From Lepidodermella squamata (taxonomy: Eukaryota; Animalia; Gastrotricha): 64,000 bases of DNA. The notes beneath the pieces are model-generated. The model was not told the DNA's origin and searched no databases. It was given only the letters and a program-made list of their open reading frames with translations. Shown one piece after another: positions 23,301 through 38,300 of this stretch (positions are counted from its first letter, which is position 1; every line of letters begins with the position of its first letter). The position numbers and the translations under genes were made by a program. The stretch lies in NCBI GenBank assembly GCA_047495785.1, contig JBLDXI010000042.1:4774001-4838000 (forward strand), written 5' to 3'.

Positions 23301-26300
23301 AACTTGCTGATTCGCCTGTTGCTGGCTGCTCGCCTGCTGCGACTGGTTCGTAGTCGCCGTGCCCGAATAAATGTCAACATGAATCGGGTGGTTGATCGAG
23401 ATCGACGAGGTCTGCGTCTGCGTCTGCGGCGGCTGCTGCCTCGACACGGATGAGTAAGCATGCTCCGAGGCGTTGCGCGTCAACGTCGACGCCGGGGTTC
23501 CGCCGCCGCCGCCGCCGCCGCCGTTCGTCTGCGCCTCCTGCAGCATGAAATACTGCTGCGGGTTGCCGAACTCCGGGTAGCCGCCCTGCCGCCCAACGAT
23601 GAACGGCCCGTCTCGGAATTCCTTGTGCATAGTCGTGGTCTGCTCGGTTTCCTGCTCGCGGACTACCCGCGAGTTGGCCCCGGAGCCGTTGACGATGGTC
23701 GCGGACGCCGAGGCGGAGGCGGAGGCGGCCGGTACCAGCGACACGGCGCCGCTCGTGCCCGAGTCGGCGTTGTTGTTGGGCAGGATGGCGCCGAGCGGTT
23801 GGCGCACGTAGGGTGAGGTTGTCGCCAGGCCGTCGTGAACCGGCACCGAGGGTGACCGCAGCATGGTCGGGAAGCCGGCGATGCCTTGCATAGAGCGCGA
23901 GCGCGACACGGACGACGAGCCGCCGTAGCCGGCCACGTGGCCCGACGAGTCAAGCGTTGCGTAACCGCTCATGCCAGGGGTGAACGGGCGCGCTGGAAAA
24001 AAACGAAAAAATCCTCATAAAATCAGGAAAAAATAACAGAAATCGTTCATCGAAAAACTGAAATAGGGCCAAGTTTCAAATCTTTCGAGTTTGGTGCCAT
24101 TTTTCAAAGTTAGCTCCCTTATGTATTTTGCCCAGGTCCGAAACCAGGAGAGTATACAATTCGGAAAAGTTGAGACCCTTCCGAAAAGTTGAGAATTTGA
24201 AATTTGGTTGAAATTCAAAATTTTGGAAAGGGTTGGAAATTTTGAAATCTTTGAATAAAAACCTCATTAAATCGATCTTCACCGAAAATTAGAATTTCGA
24301 AAGAAATATAATATATTCCTAAAAAATTAAAAAAAGTTGTGTTCTACTGAAAAACGGCTTGGCCGCTCTATCAGCTGAAAGCTGAAATACAAAAAATTAT
24401 ATTTTTTTTGAATATTTATATAATTCCGAGTATTATGAAATATTATCTTCTTATTATTGGAAAAGTGAATAAAAAATTCCGAAAATCCTATTTCACTAGC
24501 TTATGAAAAAGTCATTAATGTTTCCAGTTTTTCAACTTTTCGCCAATTTCAAGAGAATTTCCGAAATAAACCTTATTATTAACGTGTCTTTGATCTTTCC
24601 ATTCTAAATTCGATTCTATGAATTCGATTTTTTCAATTTTTCCTGTTTTATTATAATACCCATTGTTGATATTTGTGTGAATGTACTTACCGAAAGCTTG
24701 CGGCGTAGTTGGTCTCATGAAAGTCTGCTGATCGGGCTCGAGGTTGTGAAGGCCGCGGCCGATCGGCTTCAGCAGCATAATGTCTTCGTACTCTTTATCA
24801 ACGGGCGTCGTCTGAGTCGCATGCGTCTCACGATTCTCCGTCTGAGCACCAGCTTCATTCGTAACTAATTCACGAAAAAAATGGCATAAATCATTAAAAA
24901 ATCAGCAATAAAAAATCGAGGGGATCACACTTCACTCAAGCAAAAATATTCTGGGTATAACATTTTTAGAAAAAATCAGTAGGGTGTTTGAAAAAAATGA
25001 GGGCTTTTTTGTTCTGGGCGGTCTCATGCCTTCAATATTGAGTTCAGCCGTGCTAGCGTTGTGATGGCGAGCGTCCGCGAAATGCGAATGCGACTCGCTA
25101 TACGCCGATTCGCATACTTGAAAAGTCATGCACATGCAGTGAAACGAACAAATTCTAAAAAATTATCATTCAAACTCACTCTTTTTGCGCTTGGTCTCCG
25201 TTGAGACGATGATATGCTTCGTCGTCGTCTCGGTTCGCCGCGTCGCCGGGATGTAGAGCGTGCGCGGCGACGGCAGGTTCTCCGTGCCCATCTGGCTCGA
25301 GTGGATAACCGGCGACAGGCACCTGTTGGGTAAAGCGGAAGAAGAGCCACCAGAGGTAGCGATTAGCACGTGTTTCCCAGCGTTGTTAACGTAATTAGTC
25401 GAGGACGAGGTGGAGCACGGGCTAAATTGCTGGGGCTGGGGGTGGGGTTTCGAGTAGTAGAGCGCCCGCGCGACGCCCGTCACGCTCGGCGGCGTCGACT
25501 CGGGCCTCGCAGCGGTTTTAACGCTATTCAAGCTAAATTGCGTTGTAGGGCGTTTAACGTTAATTAGCCGCGCGTCGCTCGTCAAAATAGTCGCGCTGTC
25601 GGGCGGGACAAAGTGCGCCGATGACGATGATGCGCTTTTATTCGCACCGCCGATTTGGCGCACTTCGACCCCACTCAACGCGCTGCTATTTTTCGTCACG
25701 CTTCGGTGCGTCGAAGATGACGAGTGTGACGAGACGACGCGGTGAGATGAAGATGAAGCCTGCGGCTGGTGGTGGAAAGCTGACGGAGGGGCACACTCGG
25801 CGTACGCGCTCGACGTCGATGCGCTCGTCTCCAGGTGAGACGGCGGGCGGGCGCTGGTCGGACTCGCCAGCGGCATTTTTTCCACCAAACTTTTTTTCGC
25901 AATTAATTAACCAGAAAAATTAAATAAAATTTCCTGTGTGAATGATTCGTTTATAAAATCTAAATACTCGCCTATAATTGAATTAATTTTTTTTTCAGGT
26001 AAAATAGTAGAAATTCGGCACGAGAGAAATGAGCTTATAGGGTGCATGAAAGCCGGCGGCTGTATTATTACTAAACGTGTGTTTTTTGTAACGTGATGGC
26101 GCCAAAAAGTTGCGTCGCGTGTGTTATGATGATGATATAGTTATAATATAGCGCAAATACGCTGTTTGTCATCAGCATCTAAGGCGCCGCCGTGAGCTAG
26201 CTAGCGAAAACACTTGTAAAAAGAGAAGGTATATAATAATGGTGATACTACTATTATTTGTAAGAATTTGTTTGTAAAGAAGTACAACATGTGTTTTGGG

Positions 26301-29300
26301 GGGTGGGTGAAAGCGAGACTTTTTGAATATAAATGAATTATCCTTGTACACAGGTACGTTTAATTCTGCCGACAAGGGCCTATTCTAAATCAGCCAAAAA
26401 AAACATATAATCTCAAGATTTCAAGAAAATAAAAAATCCATCAATTTTTTCCATAAAAAATTCAGTCTAGAAAAATTGCTCATAAAATTTAAAAATAATT
26501 AAGGATGGCTTAATTTCGTATAACAAAAAGTTTCGTGACTAAATTGCGTGAGAATACATTTGAATAAACTGCAATAGAATCTGGTAGAAAAAACAAAACC
26601 CGACACGGAAGGTTTTGCTGACCCCCACTCGTGCGAGCGAGCGGGCGGGAGGGAGAGCGAAGGCGAGGCGAGTGAGAGGCGGCGAAAAATAATAATAATA
26701 TTTACTGGTGCGGGCAGTTTATTGACCACCTTTTCGGCGGATCGCATTATCGCGCGTGCGTAATTACTGGGCCGTGGTCGCCTTATAAGTATAATTTGTT
26801 GGCCGAAAATCAATAATATAGATAGCAGCTCCCGATTCATTACCAGGCGATACGAGTGCGCCCGCCATCTATGCCTCTCTGATAAGTAGTAGGTACCCGT
26901 ATAGTATAACCTACGGGCGCTGGGGTAGAGTTATACACCAACCACTACCCCCACCCGAAAACAGCCAGCCGCCGCTGTTTGTACACGGCATCTGCTTTCG
27001 CTTTGCGATGCTCGAATTCCTGAGCCGAAAAAAGCTGCTGCTGGCTTTTATTAACCTACACGCGCAGGTTTATTATTATATATATACCTATACTCACCTA
27101 AATAATAAAAGCACGCGTTTTTTTCTCTATTAGCGACTCGGCCCGCGGCGGTCGCGGCGTCGCCTTTTGTTATTTGCCAGCGAAGAGATAGAAAAAACAA
27201 GAGATAATACCTAAGGATGAAAGCTGGATACTGATTATTATATAATAATTTTTATTATCGCAAAAACGATCGGTGCGCGCAATCAAAAACGCGTTTATTT
27301 TTCAAGGCATATACATACACATACACATATAGCCAGGTGCCACTAATAATGGCCTGGAACATGCGCCGGCTATTTTGCTAAAGGTTAGGGTATATGTAAT
27401 ATGCCAGAATTTTTTCGGGCGTATGTACGAGCGATGAGTTTATTGTTGTTTATTGTGCGACGAGTCGTGTCAGTGGGTATGATATAAGTATAGTATATCA
27501 AGGTAGAGGGAAGGTATGTATGTACGAATGATAACCGAGCGAAACGCGCGGCCTTGTCAACAACATGAGCGCAAATAGGCATGCGACGTCCTGAATGCTG
27601 TAAAAAGTGTCAGTCGCATGTCTCTCGGTGTCGGTCACAATGAAATTTTTTCACTTGATGTGTGTCGAGTATTATAGGTAGGTAATATATTACGCTGTAA
27701 TAGAGCGTAAATTATTATTAATATTATTATTATTTTTATTATTATTTGTTAGACTATAAGTGTGTATGTGAGTTTGGTCATCGCTCACGCGCATCGTACC
27801 TATCCTGGCGCTGAGTAGCAGTTTCGACGACGGGCGTAAACGCCGAGATGCCGAGTCTTCACATAATATGAAATAAGGAAAGCCGTAGTACTGGTTTTCT
27901 TTCAATCATCAAAAATACGGGAAACCTGGGGAGAGGTAGCAACAGGGTTCGCTTTCTAGGGACCACTAGAGAAGCTGAGTTTTGCATTTCAAAAGTAGGA
28001 AATAATCGAAACCGGAAATCGAATTAAGCCACAATAATCGGAAAATTAATCGGTGAATTTTACAAATTAAAGATAATAAAAAATCAATTTATGAGAAAAA
28101 TAAATCCCACGATTTTTTTATAAAGTAAATAACTTATAACTTATCAGTAAATAACTTCCATTTGACCCCAAAAAACGTAAAAATTTAGCTTATAACTGGA
28201 AAAATTTCAAGGAATTTGTAAAAGTTTCATTTTCTGGATAAATCAAGGGCCGAAAACGGTTTTCAAAAATTATGAATTTTTCGAAAAAGTCTTCAAATTT
28301 TCCATTTCGGTTGCAGAAACTTGGATTTCTTGAAATTCAGAGCGCAAATAGTTGGAAAATGGGATTATAGCGAAAACTAAAATCAAGTCCATCCCTATTA
28401 TTTTCTGTTTTCTAACGATTCCCAACTCGAAAAGGTATTTCCCATGAATTATTTCTGAATAAATCTAAAAAATTCTGACAAAAAATGGAGAATTTCAACG
28501 GTGCATGCTATTGAAATTTCGAATTTTTTCAATGCAAATAATTCCCAATTTAATCCCAAGAGATTAATTTCAATAAAATAATTTACTGCTAATTAAATTT
28601 CCCCAATTAAAAATGTCCGCAAATTTTCGAAAATGTATCAAGTTAATGTTTCAACCTTCTGAAATGCAAAACTCAAGCTGGGACGCCAAAGGTTCACTAA
28701 AATGGGTCTCAAGGAGAGAAAATTCGAAAAATTGCCGAAAATTATAACAACTCACTTTTGCCCATTTGAAGTGACGGTCGTTTGAACAGCATGCTGGTGC
28801 AGTTTGTTAACAGCGCCATTCGCCTGCACAACAACAGCCGGAGCACCCGTCTGGCGCCCGGCGACCGGGCCAGGCGTCGTCGACCGCCACGGGTGCGCCC
28901 TGTCCGTGATGGACATCATCGCCGACGAGGTCGACTGGCTGCGTTGCAGCGGCGCCGTCGACGCCTCCCCAACTGACACCCGCTGCACGACAGCCTGGGG
29001 CGTCGCCGGGCTCACCGGAGCACCCGACACCCCGCGCACGAATTCTTGCCGCGACGCCGTTTTCACGTGATACTCATGCTTATTCACCGCGTTCTCGCGC
29101 GACTGCGGCGTCACGGTCACGGTGTACGTGACCGGCTTCGGCGGCTGGTTCGGCGTCGGCGACCCGACGCTGCTCAACCGTGACGCCGAGGCGGCGACAA
29201 CGTTGCTCGGGGTGCGCCGCGACTCGACGGAAATCGTCGACTGGTTATCGACCTGCGTTGTCGAGGTCGATTTTTTAACTAGCCTATCCAGCGCTGAGTT

Positions 29301-32300
29301 GATGGTTCGGAAGTAGTCAGCCGTGGCGGAGGCCTTCTCGTCGACGACGCCGTGGTCGATCGACTGGTTTGCGGCGCCCATTTCGGACACGGACCGGCTC
29401 TTCGCGTAGATGGACGTCATCGGCTGCTGTTCGGTTTTGCGCAGTTTCGACGTTGTTGTCGTTGTCGTCACGCTTGAGTGAGATTGCGATTGCGACTGCG
29501 AAATCAGGCCCTTCAGCTCGGCGACGACTTGCTTCTCGCCCTCGTGGCGGCGCAACCAGTCGGCGCCTTCGCGTTTTGCGATGAGTTTCAGTTGTTGCTG
29601 CTCGAGCCACGATGACGGGGCCTCGGCGCCGGCAGGGCGCACGGGTGCTGAGCCGCCGGAGGTCTGGTCGCTCAGCTGACTGCGAGCCGATCTCGCATCT
29701 TGCATAGAAATTCCAACTTGGTACGGAAGGCGGTCAGGCATCCTAAAAAAATCGGAAAATTATTACATTAGCTATATATAGGAACAACAAATTTTTCAAA
29801 AAAAATTCAAAAATTTCACTAGAATCGAATTTTTTTGTCCGAAACTAGAAAAATCATCAACCGAAAACGGATCCGATTTGTGGATTTTTGGGAATTTGAA
29901 GAAAATTTAGGCAAAAATGCAGATAAATAACCATGAAATTCCTCGAGATAAATTTTCCGTTAAAAATTGAATCATCTCGATATACCGAAAACTATTCGAA
30001 AATCAAAAAATTTTGTTTTCAAGTTTTGAAAGTTGGTTCCGCTTGAGTATATTACGGATAGAAAAATTAGAATATTCTGGACAAATTCCCGTTCAATTTT
30101 TCAAATTTTTTGAACGAATTCTGAAAAATGTTGAAAAGCTACTCAGCTTCTCAACTTACTCAACTACAAGTACTCAACTTCTCAACTCAACTTCAAGTAT
30201 TCGGAGGCCTGAACGCAAATAAAAAATCAGAAAAAAATCGATTGAAAAATGATATAAAAAATTGAAAGAAAATGCCTGATAACAGCAAAATAAATAAAGT
30301 CTAAAATCATTAAGAAATTGAACATTTTGATCGGTAAATAACGTGAATGTTCTCGAACTACAGAGACCACAGTGCAGAGACTTGCTATTGCTCACCTTAA
30401 ATGAAAGATTGGCGATGAGTCGACTATTGCCAAAGGTTAATTCAAACAAGAACAAAAAGCCGCACAGAATATTTACTTCATGAGTCATCTCTCAAAATAA
30501 ACACGCTCATAATATGTTCAAACATAGAATAAGGCTTATCGAGTGCCAAGATATTTTTTGCATAAAAAAATCATGAAAATTAATTTGATTATTTGGAAAA
30601 TAATTTTGATTAATTATTCGATTATTAAACTAGAAAATCAATTATTTCTTACATTTGTTTTTCCTCGGTAACGATGAGTCGTTTCTGCGTCGAAGAATTT
30701 GTCCTCAGTGATGAATTGTTCTCGGCGGCGAATTCTACAGCAGCAGCAGCGAACGTAAATAGGAGACAAATATACGAAACAGAAATTAGAAGCCGGCTTA
30801 AATAAAATTAGAGCAGGTATTTTTTTTTACGATTTTTCCGTAAAAAACGATGCATGTTAATGAATATAATAATAATAATCACGTGGTTATTAGAAAAACC
30901 AGCCGTATAAGAAGTTTTGTTAATCAATCATTCAAACAATCGAAAGTTTGTTCATTACTACTTCTACTAGTGTTAGGTAGATATATGTTATTTTCTGTAC
31001 GCCGAACAAGCGGGGGCGTACATGGCACGCCAAATAAAACCGGTTATTGTTGTTATTATTTTATATAAATTGCAGGTTGTGTATGTTGGGTTGAAATTAC
31101 CTGTTCCGCGGCTCTGAGACCGCTGCGGCTGGTTATCGGCTGTTAATTCAAACACGATTTTGTTTTTAATAAAAATGTGAGCAATCGAGACAAGCAACGT
31201 CAACAACGTGTTTAAAGGCAGAAGAGGTAAAAAAAAGACAAAAAAACTCGAATTTCAATTCGTATCTATCTACTTTCAACCGTTGGGTTCAGCAAAAAAT
31301 TGCTCCTGGGTCTCAAACATTCACATTTACAGCTGCTTTGGGCAGTCTATTCCACTGATTTAGAAGGTAGAGGATCGAAATTGGAAATAACTCAAAATCC
31401 CGAGCCCAATTGTCCCTAACACGGAACCATTTTCAACATGTTATCCAATTTAAGAATAATTTGCTTGTGGTGAATAGAATTTTGTTCCGCATCAATAAAT
31501 TCTGGACTTCCCAGTCCAAAACTTCCGAAAATTGCATAAAATGTTATGCAGCATTCAAATTTAATATCCAGTATTTATTGGGAATTCTCGTCGATTTCTA
31601 TAATTTTTACTTTACTTCTCCAAGTTGGAGCCTCCAATATGCTCTTGGCCACATGGCGCCTTAAAATTGATAGTTGATCGCAAAAATGAACGGAAAATCA
31701 GGTAAAAACAATGAGATTCGATCGAGCAATTCTCTGCATAGAAGATATTGAAATTTAGCCACCCAACTCAGCTACGTAAACCTTGGGAATAATCTAACGT
31801 TTGAAGCCTATCGATCCAAAATTCTTAAATTTACAAAATAAAAAATTCGATGAATAAATTTCAAAATTCGATTTTAACATGAAATAATGAAACAAAATTG
31901 AAATGAAGTCATCATTTTTTGAAAATTTCAACGCAGATTCCCATCCTAAATCGAAGTAAAAACAAAGGAAAGAATAATTCCGATTCAATTTGAGATATCA
32001 AAATTAAGTAGTTTCAACTTATAATTATTGAGAATCGGTCCCGAAACTTAGAAAAACTGAAAATCTAGGAAATTCTGCACAAGAATTTTTCAATATACAA
32101 ATGGGGAAAAATTAGAGCGATCCTTTATCTAGCTCAAAATCTAAGAAATAGGAATAAGAAATAAATTCCATAGAATAGGAACTTTTTTCCCACTCAGTGA
32201 ATGTTGAACCCAGGAACAAGATTCGCTTTTCGAATTCTCAAAACTCTAGAAAAACTCGAGCGATCGAGTGGCAGATTCTTTTTTGTGACTTACTGAGCAA

Positions 32301-35300
32301 CTGGCCGAGAACTTGGTCGAGTTCGGCCGTAGCCTGCGAAGAAGAAGCAGCAGTAGGCTGTAGAACGACGCCGGACGACGCCGCGAGTCGCTGCAGCGGG
32401 CCCTGCTTCGTCGTCGTCGCCGTGTGCGTCCGCGTCACGTGCACGTAGTCGAAATTGGCGCCGCGCTGCGCCTCCGTCGTCACCACCGTCGACGACTGGG
32501 CGCCGCCGCCGAGGCTGCCCGGCAGCGGCGTGTACGTTGTCGTTTCAACGGCCGTGTTCGTAGCGACGGGCGAACGAACTCGCGACGCCGTGGCCATGCT
32601 TGCTGCTGCTGCGTTGTTAGAACTTGTAAATACGCTGTTGTTATCGGCGGCCGAAGACGCGAGGCTTTCGTAAGAGTTGCGCCGAATCAACGAGTCGTGC
32701 CCGTACTCGATCGGGTAGCGCGTTTCAACCGGGCTCTGCGTGCCTATAATCAAAAAATAGGAAAAATTCAATTTCAACCATACAAAATTAAAGGTGGATG
32801 AACAAGATAAAGCGGAGAATGGGGTGATTTTTTACGAGAAATTGCAAAATATTTCCGAAAAATTAAGCCGTGAAATAAAAATAATGATAAATGTCCCATG
32901 ATAGCGCAAATTTGGTACGCATTAGCTAAAACACTATCGAATTGCTAGAATCCTGTAGAATTCTGATATTCAACACTCTTCATTATAATATTGAATGACT
33001 TATTGCTTTATCATACCAAAGAATTACCGAAAAATTAATAGAATAATGCCCCGGAAATGCCAAGACTTGAATGTGGAAAACTGATGTGAAAAAACGTCGA
33101 AAATCGTTTATTTTGGGTTGATCTGCATTTCGATCTTGATTTAACTGGATCTTACAGCTCAAAAAACTTCAAATTATTAAGCTTATGCAAATTTCACACA
33201 AATTTTCTCAGAAATATCGCAAATAATCGCAAAATGTTTGTTCAGCTGGATAGCAGTCAAAATTCAACAGGATGAGTCAGAATATCAACGAAATCGTAAA
33301 TTTTAATAAGCATTGGAACTTAAAAATGCAAACGTCAGAGTTTTGCTTTAATAAACCCTTTTCGCGGGGAATTTCGATGCGTTATCTCAACCTCATTCTA
33401 AATTTAATCAGCCGTGCAAAAATCGAATTTTCCAATTTCAAGCCAAATGAAGGTTTTAGTCGGAACATCAACGCTTCTTTGCTTTTCTCCTATCAGTTAC
33501 TTTCAATAGAAGTTTGAAGTCAATTCAAATCTAGCAGGCAAAATAGCAGAGAGATATCGATTTCTGCGATTGAAAAAAATCAATAGAATATGAAATCGAT
33601 AGTATTCAAAAAATAAACGGAATAGCGGAACTCAGGTTTCAGATTCTTGTAGGCGACATCGAAACGTCACATTCCTCGAATGGGGATTGAAAAATTCGTC
33701 AACTTGACGGAACTATGAACTCGCAAAATCTTCCCGCTACGAAAGGGACGAGGATTCAAGCGTTTAGAAAATCGGTTTAAAGCGCTTCTTTGAATTTTCG
33801 TGCTTAATCAAGGATATTTCTGAAAATTGATTCAAATTATAAGATCTATATTCTATCCAGTATTATAAAGAAATTTGCTATACTTAAAAGTTTAAAAATT
33901 AAAGAAGCAAATTCGAACTTCGGTGTGGAAATGTCCCAAAATAATCGGATAAATTCGAGCTGTCACATTAAAATTAGATTTGAGATGGGAGAGAAAAAAC
34001 CGGCCTAGATCGTTAATGGAGAATTTGCACCGACAAATTCGCATTAAGAAAATCGAGTTGCGATAGTTCCAGGCTGTGGCGCGCAACAACAACAGTTTAC
34101 GCGCGGTGCAACACAGGCGCGATAATAACAAAACAGGTATCGAAAAAGCGGGGGTGGTTTATTCGGAGGCAAAGAAAAAACCCGCCAGAGTTCAACCCCA
34201 CCGCACAAGTAGTAGTAGTAGTGAGTGGTTCAATTTTGCAACATTTATTGCAGCGCAACAGCAACAAGCCGTGATTTATTGCCCGGGTTGCTGCGCGTGC
34301 TAAGGCTATTTATAAACCCGAGATGATGCTAGATGAATGCTGAGATATACGGATGGCTGCCTGGCTTCTGCTGCTGTACCCGCGCGCAGGCGAAACAACC
34401 GGCGTGCGCTGCTGCTACTTCTTTCTACTTGGTACGATATGATAGCCGGCGCGCTGCTACACCGGGCGCGTGTTTACGGCCCTGAAACGCGTGCGCATCT
34501 CTCGAGCTGTCTCGGCATCATCGTCCGCCCGCCGAATTACATATTATTATATAAGCACAATAGAGCGCGCATTACATCACCAAGTACTACCTCCAAGTCG
34601 TTGTGGTAGTAGTGGTAGTAAAAACGCCCATCTTCATTTATCTACCATCTACCTAGGGCCGTGCCCTCGCGTTTTAAGGTGGGTCCGGTTTTATTGTTAT
34701 TGCAACGCGGCCGTGTATAGCAATTACGGTGCGATGGGTTAATCTGGCCAGCGTGACTCATCGCCCGGCCTTATCTCATAGCCTATTTGTAGCCGATATC
34801 GAATGTGTTGTTTACTACTACGGCAGAGGCCGCATTCATTAGCTGCTTGACCCACCCGCTGGCTAAAAATCATCACGATCGATGAATGAAAGATCGAAAA
34901 TAACGCCTGTTTCGTATATAGGATAAACATCATGACCTATTTCTGGGGGTATTTTAAGGTAATAACAATAAAAAATAGCTTAGCCCGGCTGAAATGCGCA
35001 CGAGGTGGATGTGGCCTTATCGTATTATTATTATATTGCCTGTCGTAAAACCGAGAGAAAAGAGAAGAGAAGAAGAAGAATAAGTGTAATCAGGTGCTGA
35101 CCTATAAAACACGCGCATGCACACACAAACAAGGCGGCGCTAATTAATGCTCTAAAACGCTGGCGGCATGTTAAAAATCGCACGGGATCGATGCTTATAA
35201 GACCCGGAAAGACGGATGTTTTAGGTATTCCGAGAAAAAAACAAGAAAATTCAGAGAAAATCCAAAAAATTCACCTTCAACTCGAACCGTCAAGTTTAAG

Positions 35301-38300
35301 GAAGATTTAGCAGGCTCAGTTATTTTTGAGGGCTACCAACAAATTCGAGCTATTGATTGGTTCAGGGGCGACTTTCTCAAGCTCCATCTACATTTTTCGG
35401 GTTGTTTTGAAAATACCTATTCATAAATCACATGTATAGCCCAATTGGAACATTCACCTCACGAATATTTTCAGAAATTACTCTTGGCGCGGTTGGAAAT
35501 CGCAAAAATATATAGAATTTTTAGGTTTTTTTCGATTTTTCTAAAAATTTAAATTACAGTTTTTCAATACAAATTTAATTTTGAAATTCATATAAATGCA
35601 AATTGACGACCCAAAATGCTACCCTTGCAAGAAGTCCCAGCCTTTCTAATTTTAAAGGTAATTAAAAAAATTGATAATTTTTAATTTGAAAATTGCTGAT
35701 TAAAAAGTGGGACACTAGCTGTTTTTGGTCATTTCCTGGACGCCTCAGTACGCAAAAAATTCACAAAATTATTCCAGAAAATTGCTATTGAAATTTATCA
35801 CAGCAACATGCACATATGTTGAGTTAAGCTAATTAAATAAAGAAACGAAAAATTATATTAAAAATTATATAAAATTCCTTAATTTAAAAAATTCCAATTT
35901 AAATTTAATTAATTCTAAAAAAATTGCGAAAAATCCGCATACGGCTCTGATTAGGCGACTGCTGCGCTATGCTAGACGACGAAGCCGAGTCGGGTATAAC
36001 CATTAAGGGCGGTAAAAAACGGGTATTTTCCGACCCGGATGCAACTAGGCCGTAACGCAGGCCGTCGTGCGCCGACCGTGACGGCCGCCACCGGCCCGCA
36101 TACCGGTTCGCAATACCGACACTGGACCGACTACGGCGGGCGGTTGGCACGGTAGCCGGGGCGACGTGTTCCGGTATCTGCGGCGCCGTGTAGTTGTCGT
36201 AAAACGTGTTCGCCGACGCCGAGTGAACGGGAGGCGGTTGCAGGGTGTCTGCATCACCGGCCTCGCTAGGCTCCGGCGTGATGACGTTGCCCGTGACCGG
36301 GTCGAACTTGATCTCGGTGTCTTCGCTGAACTCGGGCGACGCGGCGCGGCCGACCTCGCTGATGCAGTCCAGGAAGCACGTCATTGCCTATTTCATCCGC
36401 TACTAATTTTTCAGCATTTTTGCAGGCAGCTAGAGGTAGCCACAGCTGCTTGTTGTCGTCACGCGATGCATCGCCGTCGCCATGGCAACGCGCCTCGCGT
36501 GCATCGCAGATCAAGTACGCGGTTGTGGTTTGTGGTTGTAGAACAGGGGCGGAAATTTAAACCGCAACGAAAACGAACGTTTTGGCCTATAGGCGCCGGA
36601 TACTTACAACTACTGGCAAGGCAGTGAAGTTTTTTTCCGTCGCCGATTTTGTGATTGATTAGCGGCGGCGCGTTTACAAATCGGCGCAAACAACGCGCCG
36701 AGTGGAGCGCGCGGCAACTTCAGCCGCGCGGCGTGACGAATAAACGAGCGGAAAAACTACTACTACTACTAGTAGTAGTTTTTTCCTCCTTCTCTTCTTT
36801 TTTTTTATTAAGTGAGCGAAAACTTGGGTCGCACGCACGCGCGCGTTCTCGGTGTCCTTGGGGAGCGGCCGGCGCCGGCGCCCAACGAGGCTTGCTTTTA
36901 CTAATGAGCCGATTATCTATCCATCTAAGATGCGTAGAAATGGAGGCTTATTACTTATCATCATCTGTATTGTCGTCCTCTGCCCTATACAGAACCTGAT
37001 GATAACTGAATGCTGATTTTTACTGACCTAATTTTTTTTACGCAGAGACATTTTTTTCTGGGGCGAGTCAATTTGCGTTAACAATGGACGAATTTAGTAT
37101 ATTGTTCTAGTATTCTAGTTTTTTTCTAAAAAATAATTATTAAATTAATATACCACCATTGTTTAATTAACTAGAACGCAGAATTTAAAAAATGCTTAAT
37201 TCAAGTTTTAATATGAATAATAATTAGTTTTCGGAAATACCATGCAAAAATGAGTAAAATAGCGGAAACGACAGGGAATCGGGAGAAGAAATAGGTCTGA
37301 GGTCTGATTAACTTACCGACGAGTTGTTGCGGCGATGGTGAGAAAACAAGCTCGAGCTGGAAGTCAGGCGGCAACTGCGGGTCTGTTAAAAATTGAAAAA
37401 TACATGAAACATGGAAATTTTTGAAGTGGAATAAGCTTGAAAATATTGAAAAAATTCAGTTTTGATTTAATTAAATAGGTAACTCTAATAACTTTGTCCC
37501 TGATAATTTCGGAATTCAGGGGAAAATGATAATGATATTTTTGGGGATTTTTCACACATATAATGCACGTTAAGCAATGGCATTGACAGAGTTTCGTCCG
37601 AATTTTGATGTTTTAATGAGAAAATAATCACTAGGGAGCTCCAAATGTAATTTTAACTCAAAAACTAAGGGATTGTTTACCAGAAAAATACTTTGTTCTG
37701 AATTTAAGGACATTATACAGTTCGATCGAATACAATTTCAACTTTTTTTGAAATTTCAAATGTGATTTTTGGGCGAGCCAAGGGAAACCCTAAATTGAGG
37801 GTTCCAAAACTAGGTAGTCCCAAGGTAGTTCGTTCGATTTTATAGGTTCCTACGATCTTTCTTATTATCGATTTTAAATATCAGTGATTTTATCGTTCCA
37901 TACGAATTATTGAATTAACAATCTAAAATATTCCCGATGGTACCTGTAGTTCCAATTAATAAATCTCACAAGAGAATAGGCGGAAATCACCAATAATCAA
38001 AAAATTAAATGCAGGACGCTGAAATTTCTTGATGGAACCTTAATTTTGGTGATGCAAATATCAAGACCCCGATTTTTTCCGATTATTTTTCCCGATTTCA
38101 AGAAAAGGAATCAATTTTAGATTTCTTGAATTCTCATAAAACTAAATAATTTCCAGTGACAAATCAAACTTTGAATTTAGTTCCCAATAATATAAGGTCA
38201 ATCCATAATGCTCACTTTTCGAAGCATGATCCAAGTCGATGCGCTTGAATGAGAGATTAGTCGCCGTAAAAGCCGCCATGTGAATCTGACAGTTGAACAG

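Noticed and set aside
20296-29610. Many overlapping Arg/Ala/Gly-rich ORFs over tensin exons
   Set aside because: Alternative-frame artefacts of GC-rich exons with few stop codons.
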